Source of the DNA: an uncultured bacterium
GTDB taxonomy: Bacteria > Cyanobacteriota > Vampirovibrionia > Obscuribacterales > Obscuribacteraceae
DNA: 64,000 nucleotides
Direction: 5' to 3'
NCBI GenBank assembly: GCA_903835185.1
Contig: CAILLX010000133.1
Span: forward strand, 6,174-70,173
The notes beneath the pieces are model-generated. The model was not told the origin of the DNA and made no database searches. It worked only from the letters and a program-made list of their open reading frames with translations. Both the position numbers and the translations under genes were made by a program. Each line of letters begins with the position of its first letter. The first letter of the stretch is position 1. This document shows, in pieces, positions 37,674-46,912 of this stretch.

Positions 37674-39092
37674 TCAATTCTTCCCAACACGTCTCACTGC
37701 TTTCATGCCAAAAGCATGAGCAACAGAAGCTGGTGCCGTCTCATCCCAGAGAGCAAGCGGACAATTCACTGCATCCTGGCTCCCTTTGCGCCACAAAGCT
37801 TGATAACGGCAGCCGCCACCACACACTGGAAGGTAGGCACAAGATTTGTCTTTGCAGAAAGCCACCACGTCACGCACGGCTGCTAGCTCACTGCCGGCAG
37901 TGGTGATCCCGTTTTGGATACTGCCTATTGAGTATGCTCCGTCAGACATGGTGAATGAGCATTTGAAGAGACGCCCGACCCAATCGACAACAAAGGCATG
38001 GGACTGCACCACATTACATGGCTTATACGGTCCGGTAAAAAGCGGAGTGCGGAATCGTTTGGCTATAACTTCACTTAAAGCCGCTCCAAGCAGGCGCGGA
38101 ACATCCTGGCAATATGCCGGGCTCTGAGCAGCTTCTGTTGCCAGAGGGGCACTACTTGACGGCAAAACGGGAACAGTTGGTTCCAGTATTATCTCCACTT
38201 TCTCGGACAGCCCGGCAGCAGTGAGAAGATCCAGAAGTTCGGAAATGTGGCTGACATTATCCTCATCTATATTTATGCTAATACCAACGCCTATCTCGTC
38301 AATATCTGCTATGGCGCAGAGGTTGTTAACTATGGTGTTAAATGTTCCTGCTCCTGACGCCATAGGTCTGCGTGTGTCATGAATAGAAGGCGGACCATCT
38401 AGTGTAACTCTCACATAGCGCAGCCCTTTGCTTGCCCAGTCACAAGCCAGCTCGCGGGTCAGTTTGATACCGTTTGTGGTCAGTCCCATTGAAAAGCCTA
38501 GATTTCTCCGGGCAGCAATCTGTCTGAGCCTGTTGATATATTCCTGTCCAACGCTCAAAGCAGCTAACGGCTCGCCTCCAAACAGCAGAACATAAATTGC
38601 TTCAATTTCACTGTGCTCTGATAGATACTGCTCTACCCAGCCAGCTGTTTGATCCATCAGGAGAGGAGTGTGAGCCTCACCACCTTGACGCCCAGTTTGG
38701 AAACAGTATGTGCACTTCAGTTGGCAGGCAGCCGTGTAAGCCAGAGTAAGCTTCAATGTGCGCTCGCCCCAATACTCAGACAGCAATGCCTGCCCGCCAA
38801 TATCATCAACTGAGCTTGATTCTACTACTGCACCAATTGAGCTCAACTGTTCAAGTGACTCAGGTGCCAAAGCCAGCGCCTTGCACTTTCGGACAGAGTC
38901 TGTAGCGCTGGAGAACTGCCGGAAGAGCTGCTTTGAGCCTCCACCTTGCGGCAGACAGGAGGAGAGCTCACGAGCCACTTCCGGCTCAACCAACGCTGCG
39001 CTACCACGAAGTGTGTTATAGACCAGCACATCGATGGTCTCTTCCAGCGGAATAACTAAGTTAAAGCGGCTAGCCACCGGCATTGCAATCAC
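37674..39092 (-). CDS. radical SAM / SPASM-domain peptide-modifying enzyme
   Basis: CQLKCTYCFQ (CxxxCxxC) rSAM cluster, LFGGEPL, and a C-terminal Cys-rich SPASM region (CNVV...KCSF...CKDKSCAYLPVCGGGCRYQA). An N-terminal extension of about 100 aa could be a peptide-recognition element. Confidence 0.88.
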   Translation of the reverse strand: MIAMPVASRFNLVIPLEETIDVLVYNTLRGSAALVEPEVARELSSCLPQGGGSKQLFRQFSSATDSVRKCKALALAPESLEQLSSIGAVVESSSVDDIGGQALLSEYWGERTLKLTLAYTAACQLKCTYCFQTGRQGGEAHTPLLMDQTAGWVEQYLSEHSEIEAIYVLLFGGEPLAALSVGQEYINRLRQIAARRNLGFSMGLTTNGIKLTRELACDWASKGLRYVRVTLDGPPSIHDTRRPMASGAGTFNTIVNNLCAIADIDEIGVGISINIDEDNVSHISELLDLLTAAGLSEKVEIILEPTVPVLPSSSAPLATEAAQSPAYCQDVPRLLGAALSEVIAKRFRTPLFTGPYKPCNVVQSHAFVVDWVGRLFKCSFTMSDGAYSIGSIQNGITTAGSELAAVRDVVAFCKDKSCAYLPVCGGGCRYQALWRKGSQDAVNCPLALWDETAPASVAHAFGMKAVRRVGKN

Positions 39093-39110
39093 TCACGAAT
39101 CATCAATCGC

Positions 39111-39278
39111 TCTACTTGAGGCGCTCTTTTTGCACAGGGCGCTGAGCTTGAATCTTATGTACTTCAGAGAGGTTCGTAGCCAGGACCTTAACACCACCCT
39201 TGCTGGCACAGGTTGAGCCTGAGTTACTGTCCCGATTGGCTTGTTTTGGGCTGTCAGCATTCTTGGTTTTTGCGTTCA
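39111..39278 (-). CDS. unannotated 55-codon ORF, candidate RiPP precursor peptide
   Basis: Hand translation gives MNAKTKNADSPKQANRDSNSGSTCASKGGVKVLATNLSEVHKIQAQRPVQKERLK*. GGGAAGGTGA lies 3 nt before the ATG. The stop is 18 nt upstream of the rSAM start on the same strand. It is below the 60-aa cutoff of the ORF track. Confidence 0.45.
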
Positions 39279-39601
39279 TCTGTCACCTTCCCTTAGCTAA
39301 GGCTTTCATAATACGGTTTTTCGGCCAGCTTAGCAGCCTAGTCAAGTAATTTTCAACTGCCTGGTTAACAATTGGACCGCTCCAGCCGGATAAATACGGA
39401 CTATCTGACCTCTTATTGCACCTCGTGCACTGCTGGCGTGTTGGTACAAAGAGGATGAAGTTGATTGTAGGGCAGTAGATGATCATTTTTAAATTGAATC
39501 GTCAGAAGTGATTTAGCTAGTCCTAAATCCGGCTGCTACAGAAGATTTCGCAACGTTGAGCTGCATTTCTGAATAAATCACATCCCCACCCAGGGGTAGG
39601 G

Positions 39602-42415
39602 TTGTTTGTCCTCACATTGGCGGATATGCTTACGACCTCATTGGGAGAGGAGCATGGGACTTTGTTGTTTACACAAACTGGTATTCGCTGTGCTGCAATC
39701 GTTGCCGCTTGTACCACTCTTTTATGTTGCGGTCCGGCAACTGCTGCCAACTCGCAACCGGATGGGGACGGGCAGAAGAATTCCTCGCCAGCAGAATCTG
39801 CAGTAAGCACCCAACATTATAGCCAACAACCATCGTCCAAACCGTCTCCACAACCGGTCAACGGCACAGTAACCTACGCCAGCGCACCGGTGTCAGGCGC
39901 AACCGTAACCCTTGCCGGACCTAAGGTGAGCGACCGCCTGCACACGCTCACCGATTCTGCTGGCAACTTCTTGTTCGACAAAGTACCGGCGGGAGAGTGG
40001 ACCCTTACGGTGAAAGCCGAGGGAATGTTCTGCAGATCGAAAACAATTACCGTTGCAGCCGGTGAGCCGCAACCATATGCTCTCGTCATGGAGCCAGTTG
40101 AGTCTTCAGATGTTTTGCGTATCACCGGTAAGCGGACGTTAATCCATCCGGAAAACATAAGCAATACAACCAATTTAGATCGCACATTTCTGGACGAGTA
40201 CAAATCCGGCAACAGTCTGCGCGACAATATAATCAGTACTCCGGGAATGCAAATGTGCCCAAATAGCTGCCCTGTTCCTAGAGGCGAGACTAACGCTGTT
40301 AACTATGTTCTTGATGGCGTCGTATTGCCTCAAGCTTCTGGTGTGATGGCTCCGGGTCAGTTTGTTACACCAAGATCACTGCAATCGCTAAGTGCGTATG
40401 CTGGCGGCTATCAGGCCCAAGATGGCGGTGGTCCATTGGGAGCTGTCGTGCTTATGAAGTCACGGTCAATCGAGTCCAAACCGGTCTGCGAGTGGGGAGG
40501 TCAATTGGGAGGTCCACTGGCAGGCACACTTGACTACTATGTCAGCTCAGCTCTAAGCCAGGATCCTAAAAGCATACTCAATCGCATTCGATTTGAGTCA
40601 TCAGGTGCTGCTGTTGCGACGAGATACGGTCTTCCACCGCCCGTGCGGCACTTCGTGCGCAATTCACGGCTAGACATCAACAGCCTGACTAGCGTGGAAT
40701 TCCAGGCAACAGAAAGAGACACGTTCAGATTGACGGCCGGAGTGAATGAGACATTTCTGCAGCTCCCAACGTCTCGCCAAACTCTGTCCTTTGGGCTCAA
40801 ACAAAGCCAACAAGTACAGCAGCACTATATTATCGCTAGCTACAAGCATCAGTTTGAAAAATGGCTGGATGAAGCTGATCTGCATTGCATTAGCGCCTTC
40901 TATTCCGAACGGTGGAACAGTACAAATGCCTTCGACCCTACCTCGCTATTGTACGGAGGCATGAACCAGTGGTCGGTCTCACCGCAAGCCAAAAGACTCA
41001 ATTATGTGACTTCAATCCAGGGGAACGTATCAAAAACTGCATTTGCGACGCACCACTTAAAAGCTGGTGTCCTGACCGAACTGCGCCCTGTAAGCACAAG
41101 CATTTCTGAAACTTGCTACAATGCGGCATTACCGTCTTCTGGCAGCATGGGCTCCATGGATAGCAGCATGAGCTCCATGAGTGGTGGCATGGGCTCCATG
41201 GGTAGTGGCATGGGCTCGATGGGCGGCAGCATGAGCACAATGATTTTGCCCCCATATGGTGGCAGAATAAGTCCATTCACCAGTGCAACAATAGGTCCGC
41301 AGATACAAGGCGGCATCGGCAAATTGCACGGCTTTCGCTACTTGCAGAGCGCATACTTTCAAGACTCATGGAAACCCACCACCGGCATCCTCAAGAGGTT
41401 GACTGTAGCTGCCGGTGTCCGGGCCGATGTCTATTACGGTTTGTTCGGCAACACAATGAATGTGGCCGACGCCATAGCAATTGTGCCAGGTACAGTGCCC
41501 TTTCAGCTACAACCGTTTCAAACACATACTGTATGCAATGCGCAGGCTAGCGGGCGCTACGGAATCTCTTATGTGCTGACCAAGAGCACAGTGCTACGCG
41601 CTGCCTACTCTGATGTTTTTGCGCCGCCACCCGTTGATTCTTTCGTGCGTCCGTTTTCTGTTACAGGTGGTACCATAAACGGCATTTTTAACGGCTCGTT
41701 GCGCCCATTGTCTGCGCAACGCGGCAGGGTAATTGATACTGCTGTAGAACAACAAATCGGACCTCGTTTTGCATGCCGAACAAACCTGTATTATAAAGAC
41801 CTGAAGAATTTCTTTGATATGATGCCAGTTGACAACACTGTGATCATGCAACAGGTAAACGTTTCCGGGTTTAAGGACTATGGTATTGAAACGCGTTTGG
41901 ACCTCAAACCGTCGCGCGACGGTACTGGTTGGAGCGGTTTTGTCTCAAATACTATTGCTGTGGCTAAGTATACTGGCAGCCAAAGAATTACCGGCGGAAT
42001 GTATGACATAGGCTCTTCGAGCTACATAATGCCAATGGGAGAATATGCTCCTCTAGATCGCCGATGGGTAATGCAAGCAGGTATTACCCATAGAACAAAA
42101 AGCAATTTCTGGATCAATCCCATAATAAACGCTTTCACTGGCACTCCGGACTTGCGTATGGTTTATCCGCACCCTGCCCGCACTCCTGCCGGAGCAGTGA
42201 TTTCATTGAACATGGGTTATGATGTTCCGCACAAATATTGCAATCAACACTGGTGGATGCCTTCCGGAGTAGATGTACGAATTCTGAACATATCCAACCA
42301 GCGGGTACCTATAACCTATAACAGCATGATGTATCAGAACACGCGTTACATGCTGCCATTGCAGGTTCTGGTCGAAATGAACTGGCACCACGGAGGACCA
42401 GTTCCAAGATCATGA
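39602..42415 (+). CDS. TonB-dependent-receptor-like outer-membrane protein with an N-terminal carboxypeptidase-regulatory-like domain
   Basis: GTVTYASAPVSGATVTLAG...TDSAGNFLFDKVPAGEWTLTV (CarboxypepD_reg-like), a plug-like region, and long alternating beta-strand sequence ending in an aromatic-rich barrel. A likely start is TTG 39662 after GGGAGAGGAG, giving signal peptide MLFTQTGIRCAAIVAACTTLLCCGPATAA. Confidence 0.7.
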   Translation: MFVLTLADMLTTSLGEEHGTLLFTQTGIRCAAIVAACTTLLCCGPATAANSQPDGDGQKNSSPAESAVSTQHYSQQPSSKPSPQPVNGTVTYASAPVSGATVTLAGPKVSDRLHTLTDSAGNFLFDKVPAGEWTLTVKAEGMFCRSKTITVAAGEPQPYALVMEPVESSDVLRITGKRTLIHPENISNTTNLDRTFLDEYKSGNSLRDNIISTPGMQMCPNSCPVPRGETNAVNYVLDGVVLPQASGVMAPGQFVTPRSLQSLSAYAGGYQAQDGGGPLGAVVLMKSRSIESKPVCEWGGQLGGPLAGTLDYYVSSALSQDPKSILNRIRFESSGAAVATRYGLPPPVRHFVRNSRLDINSLTSVEFQATERDTFRLTAGVNETFLQLPTSRQTLSFGLKQSQQVQQHYIIASYKHQFEKWLDEADLHCISAFYSERWNSTNAFDPTSLLYGGMNQWSVSPQAKRLNYVTSIQGNVSKTAFATHHLKAGVLTELRPVSTSISETCYNAALPSSGSMGSMDSSMSSMSGGMGSMGSGMGSMGGSMSTMILPPYGGRISPFTSATIGPQIQGGIGKLHGFRYLQSAYFQDSWKPTTGILKRLTVAAGVRADVYYGLFGNTMNVADAIAIVPGTVPFQLQPFQTHTVCNAQASGRYGISYVLTKSTVLRAAYSDVFAPPPVDSFVRPFSVTGGTINGIFNGSLRPLSAQRGRVIDTAVEQQIGPRFACRTNLYYKDLKNFFDMMPVDNTVIMQQVNVSGFKDYGIETRLDLKPSRDGTGWSGFVSNTIAVAKYTGSQRITGGMYDIGSSSYIMPMGEYAPLDRRWVMQAGITHRTKSNFWINPIINAFTGTPDLRMVYPHPARTPAGAVISLNMGYDVPHKYCNQHWWMPSGVDVRILNISNQRVPITYNSMMYQNTRYMLPLQVLVEMNWHHGGPVPRS
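41141..41240 (+). repeat. coding microsatellite-like tract giving a Met/Gly/Ser-rich loop
   Basis: GCATGGGCTCCATGG recurs at 41145, 41187 and (one mismatch, GCATGGGCTCGATGG) 41208, offsets of 42 and 21 nt. It translates to GSMGSMDSSMSSMSGGMGSMGSGMGSMGGSMSTM. Confidence 0.8.
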
Positions 42416-42603
42416 AGACCGGAGTCCAAGACAGCAAACAAATGGCAAGCCACTTGAAATCACGCACGACACGACCAGAACTGGTCATCTGTATGTAACC
42501 GAAGCAAGATCTTTTGAACACCGAAATGCCGTTGCCGCAAGGCACACTGAGAACTCAAACATCACCGGGCTCAACAATTGCATATCAGATGGAAAGAGCG
42601 GAA

Positions 42604-42999
42604 CTATTCGACCGCAAACTCAATTTTCACTGTCCGCTTCGACGGTACAGGTTTGCCGTCAAGAGTGGCCGGCCGAAACTTCCAGCGTTTAAGCGTAGAC
42701 AGAGTCACAACATCTAACTCAGGCAAACCGGAAGGGGTGAGAAGCTGAACTTTGAATTTGCCGTCAGCGCCAATATAAAAACATGCCTGGCAGTATGATT
42801 TGAAACAACGCTCGTGGAGTTCTGGGGGGATGACCGGCGCCGGACTTGAGATGCACTGGGCAGCCACGTAGTTAACAGTTGCCTCAGTACCAACGTTGAA
42901 CTCCTTTGCCCAAGCTGGTGCTGCAAACAGCCCACCTGCCAGGAGAGCAACCATAAGCCAAACTGAGCAATTGATTTTCAACGCCTGTCCAGGGTACAA
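42604..42999 (-). CDS. secreted TonB C-terminal-domain-only protein
   Basis: Signal peptide (LMVALLAGGLFAAPAWA), then PVIPPEL...CFYIGADGKFKVQLLTPSGLPELDVVTLSTLKRWKFRPATLDGKPV...KIEF, matching the TonB_C fold pattern. No TM anchor or Pro-rich spacer. Confidence 0.6.
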   Translation of the reverse strand: MYPGQALKINCSVWLMVALLAGGLFAAPAWAKEFNVGTEATVNYVAAQCISSPAPVIPPELHERCFKSYCQACFYIGADGKFKVQLLTPSGLPELDVVTLSTLKRWKFRPATLDGKPVPSKRTVKIEFAVE

Positions 43000-43059
43000 G
43001 TGTTAGCTGTGACTATTTTACACTCCCAGTGATTGCACACTGGCACAAAAAAATTCAGA

Positions 43060-43404
43060 TCAGTGGCAGCAGCATGCTTTTTGCCTGCCAAACTCAGTGG
43101 GGACTTCCACATTATCGTCACCATCAACGTACAGTTCTGGCGCCTTGCGGAACACCTGCACCAGCTCCTCGACCACGCGAGCCGTGTCCTGGTTGCGAAC
43201 AGCCTCCACAACGCATGTCTCAAGATGCTGCTTGAGAAGCACCTCAGCAGTCTTATCAAGAGCCACCTGCACAGCTTTGAGCTGATTGAGCACATCGATA
43301 CAGTACTTCTTGTCGTCTACCATCCTGTAGACTGAATTGAGGTGTCCTATGGCTCTGGACAACCTGGCTTTCAGCTTTTCCTTCGACTCGTCTGTAATCG
43401 GCAT
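43060..43404 (-). CDS. CsoR/RcnR/FrmR-family metal-sensing repressor with a C-terminal CCCH tail
   Basis: LKARLSRAIGHLNSVYRMV, YCIDVLNQLKAVQ, KQHLETC, which is the C-H-C ligand pattern of Cu(I)-sensing CsoR. Pro2 is present, and an extra tail ends ...GRQKACCCH. Confidence 0.85.
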   Translation of the reverse strand: MPITDESKEKLKARLSRAIGHLNSVYRMVDDKKYCIDVLNQLKAVQVALDKTAEVLLKQHLETCVVEAVRNQDTARVVEELVQVFRKAPELYVDGDDNVEVPTEFGRQKACCCH

Positions 43405-43469
43405 GCCTTATAGTCTACTTTGGTCCAGACATGCCAGGACCTTTATATTATAAAATTTAGGGTGGATAA

Positions 43470-43913
43470 ATGACCGGTATTGGCAAGAGTCAAAACAAAA
43501 CAGAATTGCATCATTTATTGCAATTGCCAGGGGCAGTGCCAGGCACAAACAATCTCCTCAGCGCCGGCACCGGACGCTGCCAGGTCAAGCTCTACTGGTA
43601 CACCGTTGGACCCGACCTTTTTGTGTCTATATATAACGACTGCCCGCATATAGGAGCTGTGGCACTTGCTGATTTTGAACCTGCCTCGGGCAGAGCCTGG
43701 GCATCAGTCTTGTCAGCAGTTGGGCACAGAGAAGACGCTCTTGCACACACACAAGCACGCCGGATTTCTGCTCGCTTGCACTGTCGTGTCTGTCTGGTAG
43801 CTGGTATTCACCTTGATGAAATTACAGCAGAAGAAATCTGTCTAATTGAACAGTCTGCTCAGGAAGCTGTCGGTCAATTGCTTGATCTTTGCAGAAATCC
43901 TGGCAGTGTTTGA
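43470..43913 (+). CDS. LpdD-like protein (prenylated-flavin-chaperone-like), tentative
   Basis: DCPHIGAVALADFEP...SVLSAVGHREDALAH...VCLVAGIHLDEITAEEI resembles the GG..PHIGav.la ... GH.dd ... v.aGIH.d pattern I recall for this family. Confidence 0.4.
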   Translation: MTGIGKSQNKTELHHLLQLPGAVPGTNNLLSAGTGRCQVKLYWYTVGPDLFVSIYNDCPHIGAVALADFEPASGRAWASVLSAVGHREDALAHTQARRISARLHCRVCLVAGIHLDEITAEEICLIEQSAQEAVGQLLDLCRNPGSV

Positions 43914-44080
43914 CACTTCTGGCAGTTACTCGCAGTTCTCAGCTATAGGATTGATCGCAACTGCATGAAGAAGTGCTTGACCGGACAAAAACAATACACT
44001 ACTGAAAAAGACAGACAAGTGTTAAGCTCAAGATCTCGTACCTGGGCGCAGCAGTCAAGCAGCATCATAAGGAGAGCCTA

Positions 44081-45262
44081 ATGAGCAAGGAAGGGCACGC
44101 CGCTGTCAAGATAAGTCAGTTTAGCGAATCTGTTATCCGTGAGATGTCTCGCATGGCAGCCAAGTACAAGGCAGTCAATCTCGCTCAGGGACTGCCAGAC
44201 TTCCCTGCTCCAGCAGAGTTAAAAGAGGCTGCTTGCCAGGCAATTGCTGCCGATATCAACCAGTACTCAATCACCTGGGGTGACAGGCTGTTCCGTCAGG
44301 CAATTGCTGAAAAAGCCTCCGATTATCTTGGTATGAAAATTGATCCTGAAACTGACATCACAGTAACATGTGGTGCCAGCGAGGCGATGATGTCCACAAT
44401 TATGGCTATTCTTGATCCTGGTGACGAGGTGATCATCTTTGAGCCGTTTTACGAAAACTATGGACCAGCCTGTATTCTCAGTGGCGCCATTCCCAGACAT
44501 GTCTCGCTAAATCCACCTGACTGGAGCTTCGACGAAAAAGAGCTTGCAGGAGCGTTCAATAATCGGACTGCTGCAATTATTATCAATACTCCGAACAATC
44601 CTACCGGCAAGGTTTTCAGCCGACAAGAGCTTGAAGTCATTGCCGGTTACTGCCAAAAATTTGGCGTCCTGGCAGTTACAGATGAGATTTATGAACACAT
44701 CCTCTTCGATGGAGCCAGCCATGTAGCCACCGGCTCTTTGCCAGGGATGGAGCAGCTCACTGTGACAGTCAACAGTTTGTCCAAAACATATAGCGTTACA
44801 GGCTGGCGTGTCGGCTATGCTATCGCCTGTGCTGAACTACAAGAAGCAATTCGCAAAGTGCATGATTTTCTGACGATAGCTGCCCCGGCACCGCTGCAGC
44901 GTGCCGGAATAGTAGCTATGCAGATGCCCACTGCGTACTACCGGGAGCTTGCCAGCAAGTATGCAGAGCGGCGGAAGGCACTAATGGATACACTCGACCA
45001 GGCTGGTATCAAATATTACAAACCTCAAGGCGCCTATTACATTTTTGCTGACATAAGCAACTTAGGTTTTGCCAATGATCTTGAATTTACAGAACACCTG
45101 GTGAAAGAAGTGGGGGTAGCTGTAGTGCCAGGCTCCAGCTTTTACAGAGCAGGCGGGGCAGGCAGCGCTCATGTACGTTTCTGCTTTGCCCGCCGCCCGG
45201 AGACACTCCAGGCAGCACACACTCGGTTAATAAAGCTCACAAATAATCGCTCCTGCCCATAA
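44081..45262 (+). CDS. class I/II PLP-dependent aminotransferase (YbdL/MtnE/kynurenine-aminotransferase-like)
   Basis: LAQGLPDFPAP, NTPNNPTGKVF, DEIYEHI, SLSKTYSVTGWRVGY (Schiff-base Lys) and RFCFA motifs. Confidence 0.88.
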   Translation: MSKEGHAAVKISQFSESVIREMSRMAAKYKAVNLAQGLPDFPAPAELKEAACQAIAADINQYSITWGDRLFRQAIAEKASDYLGMKIDPETDITVTCGASEAMMSTIMAILDPGDEVIIFEPFYENYGPACILSGAIPRHVSLNPPDWSFDEKELAGAFNNRTAAIIINTPNNPTGKVFSRQELEVIAGYCQKFGVLAVTDEIYEHILFDGASHVATGSLPGMEQLTVTVNSLSKTYSVTGWRVGYAIACAELQEAIRKVHDFLTIAAPAPLQRAGIVAMQMPTAYYRELASKYAERRKALMDTLDQAGIKYYKPQGAYYIFADISNLGFANDLEFTEHLVKEVGVAVVPGSSFYRAGGAGSAHVRFCFARRPETLQAAHTRLIKLTNNRSCP

Positions 45263-45378
45263 AGTGATGCCAGGCAACAGCTGTGATCCGTTATCCTGTT
45301 ACCAGGATACAGCCTGATTGTTCCCGAAGCTTATAGAGCATCGGTATATGGCTGTCTTTACATAATGAGAGGGCGTTC

Positions 45379-46905
45379 ATGAATTCACCAAGAGCTAGCG
45401 GAATCCTCCTGCATCCCACATCATTGCCTGGTCCTTATGGCATAGGAGATCTTGGGGAAGAGGCTTATCATTTTGTCGATTTTCTCGTTGCCAGTGGACA
45501 GAGCTACTGGCAGGTTCTGCCTCTTGGACCAACCAGCTTTGGCAATTCGCCTTATCAATCGCTGTCAGCATTTGCCGGCAATCTGCTTCTAGTGAGTCCT
45601 GAGAAGCTGGTCGATGACAACCTCCTCTCCGCCGATGATCTCAAGCCTGCTCCTCGCTTTCAAGCAGGGAATGTTGATTTCGGTCCGGTCATCAAATATA
45701 AGAGAGCGCTGCTTGAAAAGGCATATGATAATTTCAAGCGCACAACTGATACTGGAGAGCGAACCGACTTCCTCTCATTTAGCCAACAATCGTCATCATG
45801 GTTGGAAGATTATGCGCTCTATCGAGTTTTGAAAGATACCCATGATGGACAGTCCTGGAACACCTGGGAGCCCGAACTGGTAAGGCGCGATCCGCAAGCT
45901 ATAGCTGCTGCACGCGATGACCTGCACGATCAAATTGAGTCTCACAAGTTCTTCCAATACCTCTTCTTCAAGCAATGGTCTCAGTTGAGAACATATTGCC
46001 ACGACCAGCACATCAAAGTAATTGGCGATATCCCCATCTTTGTAGCTTACGATTCAAGTGATGTCTGGATGCACCCTGAACTGTTCAAGCTCGACTCTGA
46101 CGGTAATCCTGTTGTAGTAGCCGGCGTGCCACCGGATTATTACAGCACCACCGGACAGATGTGGGGTAATCCAGTTTTTGATTGGGATTACATGAAAGAA
46201 ACTGGTTATAAGTGGTGGATTGAACGATTGCAAGCAATGATCAAACTTGTTGATTTAGTGCGTATCGATCACTTCCGCGGTTTTGCCGCTTGCTGGGAGA
46301 TCCCTTATGGTGATCAAACAGCTGAGCGCGGCCGCTGGGTAAAAGTACCTGGGCGTGAGATATTTACCGCCTTTAAACAAGCGTTTGGCGAACCACCTAT
46401 CATTGCCGAAAACTTAGGTGTTATCACAGAAGATGTGGAAGAGCTAAGAGAAGAATTCGGCTTCCCTGGTATGCGAGTCCTGCAGATGGCTTTCCGGGAT
46501 ACGGTTAACTCAGACCTGCCGCATCATTATGTTTCCCATACAGTTGTTTATACAGGCACGCATGACAACGACACAGCTGTCGGCTGGTTTTCCAGCGAGC
46601 CGGGAATTGGTTCAACCAGAGATGAAAACCAGATTGAGCAAGAACGCCACTTCTGCATGGAATATCTCAACTCCAATGGGCAGGAGATTCACTGGGATTT
46701 CATAAGAGGAGCTCTTTCTTCAATAGCTAACACAGCAATTATTCCGCTCCAGGATCTGATGGGACTGGATTCAAGCGCTCGTATGAATCTTCCAGCCAGC
46801 GCTGAAAGCAACTGGTCCTGGCGTTTCAGAGCCTCACAGCTCACTGCCAAGCTCGGCCATAGGTTGAAGCATCTGACCGAACTTTATGGCAGAGGACGTC
46901 ACTGA
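45379..46905 (+). CDS. malQ: 4-alpha-glucanotransferase (amylomaltase)
   Basis: RASGILLHPTSLPGPYGIGDLG, WQVLPLGPT, SPYQSLSAFAGN, VRIDHFRGF, IAENLG, YTGTHDNDT motifs. Confidence 0.93.
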   Translation: MNSPRASGILLHPTSLPGPYGIGDLGEEAYHFVDFLVASGQSYWQVLPLGPTSFGNSPYQSLSAFAGNLLLVSPEKLVDDNLLSADDLKPAPRFQAGNVDFGPVIKYKRALLEKAYDNFKRTTDTGERTDFLSFSQQSSSWLEDYALYRVLKDTHDGQSWNTWEPELVRRDPQAIAAARDDLHDQIESHKFFQYLFFKQWSQLRTYCHDQHIKVIGDIPIFVAYDSSDVWMHPELFKLDSDGNPVVVAGVPPDYYSTTGQMWGNPVFDWDYMKETGYKWWIERLQAMIKLVDLVRIDHFRGFAACWEIPYGDQTAERGRWVKVPGREIFTAFKQAFGEPPIIAENLGVITEDVEELREEFGFPGMRVLQMAFRDTVNSDLPHHYVSHTVVYTGTHDNDTAVGWFSSEPGIGSTRDENQIEQERHFCMEYLNSNGQEIHWDFIRGALSSIANTAIIPLQDLMGLDSSARMNLPASAESNWSWRFRASQLTAKLGHRLKHLTELYGRGRH

Positions 46906-46912
46906 TTGCCGC

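Noticed and set aside
39283-39486. 67-aa minus-strand ORF just upstream of the candidate precursor peptide
   Set aside because: It has no RBS, unremarkable composition and a stop inside the SD of the 55-aa ORF. It cannot be excluded as a second small gene, but nothing supports it.
39606-39806. 66-aa ORF containing ATG 39654 immediately after the strong GGGAGAGGAG site
   Set aside because: It overlaps, in another frame, the N-terminus of the receptor-like gene. That gene's own frame gives a convincing signal peptide from TTG 39662 using the same RBS, and the alternative product has no features.
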